NCBI GenBank assembly: GCA_053919585.1
Contig: CM132828.1
Direction: 5' to 3' (one strand)
DNA length: 64,000 nucleotides
From: Euprymna scolopes
Taxonomy: Eukaryota
The notes under the pieces are model-generated. The model was not told the origin of the DNA. It was given only the letters and a program-made list of their open reading frames with translations, and did not search any database. Positions within the stretch are counted from its first letter, which is position 1. Each line of letters begins with the position of its first letter. The translations under genes and the position numbers were made by a program. Shown in pieces: positions 41,450 through 51,604 of this stretch.

Positions 41450-41995
41450 TCACATGAAGATGAAATATTAAAAGAGGAGTCAACAACCATATCCAACATG
41501 AACACAAATAGAAAATTCTTCTATGCATATGCCAAGAAGAAACATAAAAACACCCCAACTATAGTTGGGGTGTTTTTATGTTTTGTGGACCACTTATGTT
41601 ATGTCATGTTGAGTGGACCACTTAGGATAACTACAGGGGAACTAGAAAGTGACCGAAGAAAAATGGCGGAGATGCTCAAGCAACAATATGAATATTTCTT
41701 CAGTCCACCTATGGAAGAAATGAAAGTCAACAACCCCATACTGTATTAGAAACAACAGATCAACTCTCAAGTGTAGAGGTTACAAAGACTGATATAATCT
41801 CGACCATTGACAAAATCTCGTCTAAGTCGGCAGCAGGACTCGATGGCTTTAATGTGTAACTTCTGAAAAATTGCTAACACCAAATAATCGTCCCAGTGTA
41901 ACTGCTCTGGAATAAATATCTAAAAGACGGATATGTACTTCAAGCTCTGAAATACGGAATGATTATGCCAACACACAAAGAAGGAAGTAGAGGAT
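41450..41995 (+). mobile_element. Internal fragment of a second CR1-like LINE family (linker and RT N-terminus), decayed
   Basis: Translates across stops as NRKFFYAYAKKK..GPLR..D.RKMAEMLKQQYE.FFSPP..DIISTIDKISSKSAAGLDGF..LLKNC..LLWNK.LKDG..MPTHKEGSRG, the typical pre-RT motifs of CR1-clade ORF2. Confidence 0.75.
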
Positions 41996-42826
41996 TGAAC
42001 ATCTGGATGAAGGGGACAGCGTGAGTGCAGAGGAGCTCCAGCTCAGCTGTGTCAATAACCGACGGAATAAAACAAACCAAAAAAGAAAATCCTTCCAACA
42101 GATTCTTGCAATCGTTTTGAATCTTTCTTAATACTGCTTAAAAGTATTCTATCATTTTCCAAAAACTAGTTGAAGCAACTTTTGATCAATTCAAAGGCTC
42201 ACTTACATGTCTGATGAGAAAAAGAGTCAATTCTGAAATTCTTAAGTTTCTAGGACTTGTATTCCTTAGTTTAACATAAAAACACCTTCCTTTTCAAGCT
42301 TTGTCTTAAATAGAAAAGATGTGGTATTAATTATTCTTGTCTATATTAGTAAACATTTCTTGAGAAAAGAAGATAAAGATATTTTTAATGATGGTTACTT
42401 TATGAGTTTTTTGCAAACTAAAACTCAGCACAGTTTAAATAGATTTATATCAAACACAACTCAATCACCATACGTTTTATATTAATAGATTAAAATAATG
42501 TAAACCATATGAAACAGATTGCGTATGAGTGCCAGTAGAAATATCAGCAGCAGCTAAAAGCTAGATTATAGCAAAATATTAGCAGCAGCTGTTAAAGTAT
42601 GTATGTAAATTAGCAGGTGTGTATGCTAGCTTGCTTCCAAGGAAAAGTAGAGAAAATACCCCACATAGTCGAAAGGAAAGCAACGTGCGCGTTGGGCAAG
42701 ATGGACATGTGGAAGTGGTGGGAAAATGCTTGCTGGTTCCAGTTAAGGGTGTTGGGGTGGCAGTAACAGAGACTTTTAAGGAAAGACATGGATGCATGAA
42801 GAGTCTTTGAAAATATGATGAAATTC

Positions 42827-42850
42827 GTTGTTGTTGTTGTTGTTGTTGTT
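42827..42850. repeat. (GTT)8 microsatellite
   Basis: Eight perfect GTT units; source of the polyQ/polyT in the overlapping spurious ORFs. Confidence 0.95.
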
Positions 42851-43192
42851 GGAAGAACCACAAATAAATGCATTTCAGTTGGACTTTTAATAAAATGCTG
42901 AGTCGGATTTTTTTGTTCATTTGCGACCATATCAGACATTGTGGCGATCAAAGAGAGGTTTGAACCGTAGCAATACCATTAATAATACCGAACACACTAT
43001 GTTATATAATAACTGTTGGCTAAATAAGATAATTAATATTCTAATAAATTAGCAGCCAGATATTGCAGTATTACTGCATCAAGTCCCGATTCAGTTACCG
43101 AAATAATCGAAACATTGTATAAAAATGTGAAAATTAATTTCTTTCTTGGTTGTCTTAGGAAAATGTTAAAACATGTTTTTTAATGGAAAACA

Positions 43193-43676
43193 TTTTTTAA
43201 ACCTAACTTAATGCTTCTGACGTATAGTTTTGTCTGCCTTTTTAATTCTTTCTAATCTAAAACTTCTTCGACCAATTCCGAAGTAAACACTATATAACTA
43301 CAAATTCATCTAAACATTGGCAGTAGTTTTGGGGTGAAAAAAGTTTCAATATCTGTATGGAAGGCTATTCACATTATATACTTACCATAACCCGCTCTTG
43401 AGATATTTTAAAGAAAATAAGAAAATCCTAGAGATCAGTTTTGGCGAGAATTCAACGTTGGGCATTAATCCTTTTTTAAACCCAACTTAATGCTTCTGAC
43501 ATATAGTTTTGTCTGCCTTGTTAAATCTTTCTAATCTAAAACTGCTTCGACCAATTCCCAGTACAAACTACATAACCACAAATTCAGCTAAACGTTGCCA
43601 GTAGTTTTGGGGTGAAAAAAGTTTAATCAATATATGTATGGAAGGATATTCACATTATATACTGACCATAACCCGC
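43193..43676. repeat. Local direct duplication (~203-bp shared block, 279-bp period) spanning the left junction of the Gypsy fragment
   Basis: ttttttaaacc.aacttaatgcttctgac...accataacccgc at 43193-43395 and 43472-43676. Confidence 0.9.
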
Positions 43677-44191
43677 ATTAATCCTATCTGCATATGCATA
43701 CCAACTAGAATATCGGAAGAAGGAAAAATGGAAACGCAGATGGGTTGAGTAGGTTGCCGAGACCTACAACACTAGAAGAAGTGCCTATACCAGAGGAGAA
43801 CATCATGTTGCTAGAATACCTGGATCAAACTCCTGTTACATACCAAGAAATTGCGAGGTGGACAAAATAGCCCGACTATGTAAAAAACGGGTGGCCAGAG
43901 AAGTGTCCTACAATAGAAGATTGGCAGCCTTACTTCAATAGAAGATTGGCATCCTTACTTCAATAGAAGATTGCCACCCTTACTTCAATAGAAGATTGGT
44001 AGCCTTTCTTCAATAGAATCTTGGCATCCTTACTTCAATAGAAGACATGAATTGGGAACTATGGAGGAATACTTACTTTGGGGAAACCGAGTAGTACTAT
44101 AGGTACAGAAGAGCGAAAAGAACTCTTAGAGGCATTCCATGAGGGACATCCAGGAATTGTAAAAATGAAAGGTGTGAGCAGAAGCTATTTG
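43313..44191 (+). mobile_element. Ty3/Gypsy pol internal fragment (RNase H end to integrase zinc-binding domain), decayed
   Basis: Manual translation gives LYGRLFTLYT.HNPL...ARIQRWALILSAY.YQLEYR..GNADGLSRLP...YVKNGWP...LLWGNRVV...HEGHPGIVKMKGVSRSY, a classic Gypsy RNase H-INT linker. Confidence 0.88.
43911..44045. repeat. 25-bp minisatellite, 5.4 copies, inside the Gypsy fragment
   Basis: caatagaagattggcagccttactt-type units at 43911, 43936, 43961, 43986 and 44011, with a partial unit at 44036. Confidence 0.95.
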
Positions 44192-45380
44192 AACTACAAA
44201 TTCATCTAGAATAACTTTGGTGACTTTTTATACTCAATAAAAAGTGTTTATGGTTGTTTTTTTAGATAGCTTTTTCAGTATTTATCCTGAATATTACCGG
44301 TGAATCCTTAAGTAATTTGGAAATTTCTTTGTATTTTCTGTTTTTTTTTTTTTTTGCTTTTCATTTATAACATTTTTTTTTTTCTGTAACGGGATTAACC
44401 AGCCAGTTTCGTTTGTCAGTTTCGGTTGGCATAATTTGTAGCAGTACTCAAATCTGGGATTGGGAGGGGGAGCAAAGGCTTAGCCAGATCGTAATGATTT
44501 AAAACGCAGGTGTTTTCTTTAGAGAAATAAACATGCAGAATGATATTATGACGTGAATTAACTTTATAAATTATCAGGTTATGAAGACATTTCTTTTGTT
44601 TATTAAATTGTTAAAGTTAGGTACAGAATAGTTAACAACGCCCCCTTAAGTTTAATTGTAATTTCCTCTAAAAATAAAATTAAAACCATTATGAAAATAG
44701 TCGAAATAAAAATTGTTACCTTTATTCAACAACCTTAAAAATATCAACAAAGAAGGAATTTAAAATAGTAAATACCTAAGAATTTAAAATGGGGGCTCAT
44801 CTTCCTATATAAATTTCATGTAAAATGAATACTCCTTTCATGGCCAATTAGCAGTCAAGGAGACAATGAATAGTGTACAGTTTCCAATTATTGTGGTCGA
44901 GGTGAAAGAGGTGATTAATATTAGTTATTACTTAACAGTTAACAACGTACGGCCCTATTCCTCCCCCAAAAAGTAGAACATATTAATTTTTGCTCAACAG
45001 TTAACAACCTATGGTTTCTACCTACCCCCTCCAAAAAAAGAAGAAAATAATAACCAATAGGAGGCCGCCTCTCGTACCCTCTTCCACCACAAAAATTGGA
45101 AACTACGAACGATTACATGTCTTGTTGACCACTAACTGGTCATGTAGTGGATGCTCATTGTCCGTTAAATTTGTATTGTTAAATGATCACCAACTCTGAA
45201 ATCTTAATTATTTATTATTTGTAATCATTTCCTTCTTTGCGGATATGTTTTTAGTTATTTGAAACATAATATTTTTTTTTAATTTTTAGAGGATGAACTA
45301 TGCTGAGAAAAATTAAAAATATTTAGCATTATTTTTTTCAACGTTAAGTTTCTATTATTGGTGATGACCAACAAATGGAT

Positions 45381-45730
45381 CTCAATTAAATTTTTACTTT
45401 TAAAAAGTGTCTTCAAAAAGTGTGACCATCTTTTACTTTAAATCCCGCTCGAAACTGGAGCGCCACACACTTGAAACCACCGGTCTAACACGTAAATTTT
45501 CGTCTCTTCGCCATAACACCAAAATGAAGAAAAAGAAAAAGAAATTCACGAACCGGACTTTCGACCCTGATGAGGCTATGTATTAGCGAAATATAGGACT
45601 TACAAAAAAAAAGCAATAAACGATGATTTTATCATTGTGTTCGACACTATAAAGTTTTCAAAAATTTTCTCAATTAAATTTTACTTTTAAAAAGTGTCTT
45701 AAAAAAGTGTGATCATCTTTTACTTTAAAT
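45381..45730 (+). mobile_element. Small hammerhead-containing retroelement (Penelope pLTR / non-LTR retrozyme-like): 288-bp monomer plus ~62-bp terminal redundancy
   Basis: Direct repeats 45381-45443 and 45669-45730. AAATGGAT flanks both sides (45373-45380, 45727-45734). Empty sites occur at 36566 and 52963-52970 (minus). An internal CTGATGA..GAAATATA motif is followed by an A-run and AATAAA. Confidence 0.75.
45563..45599 (+). ncRNA. Minimal type-I hammerhead ribozyme motif (possibly decayed)
   Basis: gacc-CTGATGA-g-GCTA-tgtat-TAGC-GAA-ATAT-A-ggac. Core boxes are intact, stem II is GCTA/TAGC with one extra G, helix III is the palindrome ATAT, and stem I is gacc/ggac (one mismatch). Predicted cleavage is after A45595. 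Confidence 0.65.
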
Positions 45731-46880
45731 GGATGCTCATTTTATGTAAACTTTATAAAAGAAAGCGATCCCCATTCTAACATCTTAAATTTTGGATTAA
45801 ACATAAAAAAACAATAGTGATAGGCAAAACAATGTGGAAAAAAGAAAGCATGATCATGTGACGTCAAACTTGTTTTTACTATACGGACTATGGAAAAGCA
45901 GAAGCGACTTAATGATTTTTTAAATCCTTTGTTTATCTTCTTCAAACTGCAATTAATAATTACTTTTTATTATAATTTTGTTAGGTTTTAAGATTTACAC
46001 AGTTTTATGATTAATAATATTATAAACATTTGTATATTAAATATGAAATACGGTTTTATTGAATAACCATTTGGTTTACTACTGGCTTCCATATTTTGTT
46101 TGGTAAAAAGAAACAAACAAAATATGAGGGGGGGCTACAAAATGCTTAATATTTGTACAATAATATTTTCAAATCAGTTTTAATCTGGCGATAAAATAGC
46201 TGACAAGAGCTCTGTTCATATTAAAACTTAATTAAAAAAAATAAACACAATGAAAAATCTTTGTTGTAACGGAACATTTTGAAATAATGGAATTTTAATC
46301 TTTAAAAAAATAATTAAGGTTATGAAGTTTCTTTTTCTTGACAGTTCATCTGATTATAGTATATATTAATTCGAAAAAACGCCATTAAAAAACATAATAA
46401 TATTAAGATTATATCATTTTTTTAATTGCAACTTCAAGGTAATTTTTTGTTCAATATGTGTATTTAATTAAAAAAAAATAAATATGTTTTACTTATTTGA
46501 ACTCTTATGTTTTATAATAAATAGAAATTTCGATAAGTTTAAATATGTTTGTTCAAATTTCCCAAAAAAAGAAATATGGGGGGGGACGCGCACTAAAAAA
46601 TATTTTTCCTCGTATACTTGACGGAAACTGCATTTCATTCAAAAATGGATAAGTATCGAAAAAAATTTTTTAAATAATGTTTATGTTAAAGTTTATGTTG
46701 CCCTTCTTCTTTTAAATGATACAAAAGTTATATTGATAATATTAACTTATAATAAAGTTACATCGTTTTACATATGGTGGGAGGTTATTTCTGTGGTGAC
46801 TTTTGGAGGTTGCTAAAAATCAAACATACATCTCTAGCAACTGATTAGGGTGTGAACAGGAAAAAGATTTTAGAAAATGT

Positions 46881-47370
46881 AGCACTTATGATCCGTGCTG
46901 AAATAATAACGTTATTATTTTTTAAAAAAATTCTATACTTTAACCTTACAATTGAATAAAAAAAAAACATATCATAAAACTTTAATTAAACTTGGAAATA
47001 CGATTCAAAAATAGCGCGGAGCAGTAAGTGCACTAGCAGCGAAAATGTTATAACAATTAAATGTCGAATAGTTGGGGTTTTTTGTGTTCAGTTTTTAAAC
47101 AATTGGGCGAACTTTGAATTAAATTATTACTATTCATAGTAAACTTTTTTATTTTATCAGACGTCACAAAAGTGTAAGTGCTAGTGCACTTATTGATCCG
47201 CGTTTTTTTTTAAAAAGTCTTTTCAAGTTTAATTAAAGTCTTATGATATCCGTTTTAATAAAATTGTACGGTTAAAGTACACAATAGGTACAAAACATCC
47301 TCCCCTCCACATGCTAAGAATAGCTTTCTAAATAATAACGTTATTATTTCAACACAGATCAATAAGTGCA
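46881..47370. mobile_element. Foldback/MITE-like element with long imperfect inverted arms
   Basis: 46881-47040 (gcacttatgatcc..aaataataacgttattattt..atatcataaaactttaattaaactt..aagtgcactagca) is the reverse complement of 47178-47370. No TSD was identified. Confidence 0.65.
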
Positions 47371-47591
47371 GTAGTACCAAAATTTTCCTTAAATAAGCAT
47401 ATTTTTGACAAAAACTAAACATCAGATTCAAAAATATATTCATATGTCAGATTGAATGATATATTTTTAGAAGATTTTTTTTTCTAATCGGAGATGCATT
47501 TTTTTTAACCACGTCTGTTATAAAGCATGAGGGAATCAATATTTGTATTGGATTGCAAGAAAAAATAAACTTTATTTCATATTTAAGATTA

Positions 47592-48000
47592 GGGTTTGTA
47601 TTACTGTACACACAGATTCGAAAAAGTTATCAAAAAACAAATATATAACAAATAAACTAGACAAAATACTGTTAGAAATTCGCTCAATATATATTACCGT
47701 GACATAGGTTGACATATATTCGGTGTTTTTTAATAGTATTTTGTCTAGGTTATTATTTATAACACCTTTTCTCGAACTTACCGTGTTTAAGAGAAAGTCG
47801 GCCGCCATTTTGAATTTTCCAATACGTCAGTAAACACTGCATGTTTTTTGAGCTAAATAAATATGTTACATTGAATAAAAACACAAAAGATATATAAGTT
47901 TGGTAGAAAAGTAACTTATCTTGCCTTTGATAACATTTATTTGTTATATATTTGTTTTTTGACAACTTTTTCGAATCTATGTGTTCAGTAATACAAACCC
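47592..48000. mobile_element. Long-TIR MITE (GGGTTTGTATTACTG termini), internally deleted copy
   Basis: TIR gggtttgtattactgtacac...cagtaatacaaaccc with flanks taagatta/aaagatta (7/8 TSD match). A single taagatta sits at the paralogous site near 37122. Confidence 0.9.
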
Positions 48001-49288
48001 AAAGATTATTTTTAAAAGTTATCGAATGGAATTTATTTAAGTGTAAACAAAAAAGAAGAGTGATTCATGGCGGATTCAATATTTTTAATTAGATTGCAAA
48101 CAAATAAATAAATAAATAAATACGCTTATTTTAATGTTTAAGATGAATTTAAAAGTTATTGAATGGAATTTTTAAAAGGTGTTAAAAAACGCTTACCTTT
48201 CATTATCGGAAATCAGTAAAAAAATTCGGGATGAATTCGTTTCTCTTTTTCTTTTGTGTTAAAAACAGAAAATTTGGTTTGTTCGTTAGGATGTTTTTAG
48301 TAAATTGATACAACTGTGTCCAATTCATTAAGAAATAAAATATATGAAAATAAGAAATAAAAAATTAAAAGATGAAAAACGCGATTTAAACGTGAAATTA
48401 TTTAAAGAGAAAATCAACTGCTAAGGAACAATGGATTTAGGTCATCATAAGACGGTGCAATCATTATTTCTTTCCTCGTGTAAAAATGTCCGTTTATTAG
48501 TTAAGTGTGTCGAATTTGTTTTTCTATTAAGTTTAGATTATATTTGTCAGTATTTAAAGTTTGTTACGATTTTTTTAAATTTATATTTTGTAAAAAATGA
48601 ATACATAAAAACCATTCGTGTAAAAATGTCCGTTCATTTGTTAAATGTGCCGAATTGTTTTCGTATCAAAATGAGAAAAATAATCCCACAGTAATCCGAA
48701 TAATTCAAATAATCCTCATATAAAAAACTGACAAATTGGATATTTCGTATAAACAACTCAAATAAGAAAAAAGTACCCATGAATACGTGTGCGAATTTAC
48801 TTTCCTATCATGTTTTTAATGCTTAATAAATGATAAATAAATATCAATACAAATTAAACAAAGACAAGTTTTGTGAAATTAAACATTTCACATAAATTCT
48901 GTGTTTTTATTTAAATTTACATTCTTTTTGGTCATCTGTGGTGGCGGTGGGGGCATAAAGAATCCGTGTGCCAACAAGACCACAGTGTACTATCTGTTCT
49001 GATACTACACTAGGAATAAAAATTCAATCCTGAAGGATTTCTCCTCTTCTTGACAAGGACAGAAAATATGACTTGTAGTATCTGTTTCGATACTAAACTT
49101 CACATTGTTTTCCTTTTTCAGTGGAGGAGAAATCCTTCATGACTGAAAAAAAATTGAATTTGTATTTGTATTCCTATCCAGAGTGCCTTTCGGGGGGGGG
49201 GCTGGATTTTCTCCACATTCTCCACATAAAAAACCGACCTTGTGTCTCACTCTTGGGGATGCAAATAAATAGGAACAACAAATATACG

Positions 49289-49505
49289 GCAAATATAATC
49301 GTTTTTGAAAATATTGAAAAGCAACAGTAAAAAATAACCAAAGACCCCTTCCGCAAATGCAAATTCTCGGGAGAAGATCTATTCTTAGTCCTATTGAACC
49401 TACCCAACGCAAATATAATCTTTTTTGTTTTTGAAAATATTGAAAAGCAACAGTAAAAGATAACCAAGCGCCCCTTCCGCAAATGCAAATTGTCAGTAGA
49501 AGATC
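49289..49505. repeat. 120-bp-period tandem duplication
   Basis: gcaaatataatc..gtttttgaaaatattgaaaagcaacagtaaaa..ccccttccgcaaatgcaaatt..agaagatc at 49289 and 49409. Confidence 0.9.
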
Positions 49506-49508
49506 CGC

Positions 49509-50959
49509 TGCTTCTACAATTTATCGCCGAAATTGGAGACGCCATTTTATTTCACGCACCTGCTGTCCAAATGCAAGAGAGAAACCATTATTTTAAACTA
49601 TGGCCGAAGCCGAAGCCGAAGCATGAAATAAATAACAATAAGATTAAAGTGGAGAACGATTACTTCCGGTAAGGAAAATAATAAATTTGTAGCAGACGCA
49701 AATAGTCTTCTTTCTTCTTGCGCATATTCCTCCCTGATTGAGTGATGTATGTGGCCATACACTGGCCAATCAGAGGAGTAGCACATGAATATTTTTAACC
49801 CCCAAGGACCTGACAGCTTCCGGTTCTGAGAAGAAAAAACTCTTTCTTACTCCACCAGCTTTCGAAGGGACTATATCTTTCGCTTCCCTGCTCCTACTAG
49901 GTATCAGACGACAGCCACCGGCTGTAACTACCTAGTAAGCAGTGAAGTCCCGAACCTCCCTTCCTTCCTTCTTTTCCTCCTTTGAGTTTAATGCCTTTCT
50001 AAATAGACCTTTTCCTTGTTAAGTTTAAGAAGTGGTTTGTTGTTTGTTCGGAAAATTGTGTTAAATTATTTTATTAGGGAGTGCCTTAAAAGCATCAAAA
50101 AAATAATCCCTAAAAATTAACCAAAAATTAACATTTCTTACTTGCAGAAAATAAATCTTGACAATATTACTCAAGAAGACATCTAATTTTTTTTTTTACA
50201 GATAATAATATCAGCAAAGAAAACAAAACAAACAAAAAAAAAACAACAGCAAAAAAATACTATTTTATAAAAATCCACTTTCATTACAAAATTGTTTTAT
50301 TAATATATGCTCTCTTTCGCGTTCTTTATTTACTGTCTGTCATAGATCTTTCCGGAAGTTTAATTTTTTTTGTTATTTTTTTCATGTTCCGGCCATAGTC
50401 TAAAATAATGGTGTCTCCCTTGCATTTGGACAGCATTACTCAAGAAGACATCTATTTTTTTTTACAGATAATAATATCAGCAAAAGAAGAAAAAGAAAAA
50501 AAACAGCAAAAAATACTATTTTATAAAAATCCACTGTTGCTTTCATTACAAAATTGTTTTATTAAAATTATATTATTTTACGCAAACTAAATGTTTTTAC
50601 AATTATATTTTGAGAAAATTTTATGCAATAAATGTTTGGTTTTGTTTCGGTTTTCAAATGGCGTCGACCAGTTTAAACCATTATGAATACCTCATCTCAT
50701 TTTCTGTTTTATTAATAAAAAAAAAAGTTCCATGAAAAACTTTCCCGTTCTCATTAATTAAATCGAAATATTTTCAATGAAACAACTACGGATATATGCT
50801 CTCTTTCACGTTCTTTATTTACTGTCTGTCATAGTTCTTTCCGGAAGTTTAATTTTTTTTGTTATTTATTTCATGTTCCGGCCATAGTCTAAAATAATGG
50901 TGTCTCCCTTGCATTTGGACAGCAGGTGTCTCCAATTTCGGCGATAAAGTGTAGAAGCA
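49509..50959. promoter_or_regulatory. Centre of the inverted duplication; candidate divergent promoter
   Basis: Inverted arms 49509-49672 and 50837-50959. ETS-type CCGGAAGT at 49662 (minus), 50352 and 50841; YY1-type CGCCATTTT at 49540 and CAAATGGCG at 50655; GGCCAATCAG at 49764. The region lies between two outward-pointing donor sites. Confidence 0.4.
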
Positions 50960-51046
50960 CCAAAATAAGTTTTTTTTTTTTTTTTTGCTTTCTAATAAAA
51001 AATTGACGTATATTAAAAAAAAAAAAAAAGAAGAAGAAGAATTTCC

Positions 51047-51131
51047 GGGTTTGTATTACTGTACGCATAGAATCGAAAAGGTAGTCAAAAAACAAATATA
51101 TAACAAATAAATGTCATCAAAGGCAAGATAA
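51047..51131. mobile_element. Truncated single TIR of the GGGTTTGTATTACTG MITE family
   Basis: gggtttgtattactgtacgcatagaatcgaaaaggtagtcaaaaaacaaatatataacaaataaatgtcatcaaaggcaagataa matches the first ~85 bp of the 51939 copy. Confidence 0.85.
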
Positions 51132-51604
51132 ATAATTATATGTTGCTACATTTTATACAATCGTACAGGAAAAAAAGAAAAACAAAAAATTCTAAAAAAA
51201 ACTATAAATGTTTCATGTTTTTCACATTCATTTTATTTTAACTTATAAATCACTCATTTAAAAGAAATAACATTAAAACATTAAAATTATTTTTTTTTTT
51301 ATACAATAAATGTTTTGCTTTTCCAGAAGTGCCATTTTTTTTAATATAATGATTCTTTGGATTATTCGAACGGCAGTTTCTCATGTTGGACGTTAACAGT
51401 AATTCGACCAATCCAAATAATAATAAAATGTTCAATCTTAACAAAAAAAAATTGATCTGATTTTTAAAGCTCCGTATATTTCATTTTATTTTTATGAATT
51501 GAACACGAAATATATATTTAAATAGAAAAATATATATTTACAATAGAAATGTCCAAAAAGCTTAGGAATTGACAAATATAACCTCAGCTTGATAGGAAAC
51601 AATT

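Larger units (their letters stand above)
44305..48500. other. Paralogous non-coding module, copy B (upstream of the minus-strand ZNF gene), expanded by insertions
   Basis: Colinear with 34915-37315 (direct) and 51605-53300 (inverted). It carries a minus-strand donor-like AAAG|GTAAGC at 48191-48200. Confidence 0.85.

Noticed and set aside
42205-42245. Second CTGATGA...GAAA hammerhead-like match
   Set aside because: There is no G-C closed stem II, no palindromic helix III and no stem I complementarity. The other CTGATGA hits (35541, 57652, 59561) also lack the downstream core.
42579-42951. 113-aa ORFs with polyQ/polyT; possible gag zinc-knuckle remnant
   Set aside because: The homopolymers come from the (GTT)8 microsatellite, and the knuckle resemblance needs frameshifts and is too weak to call.
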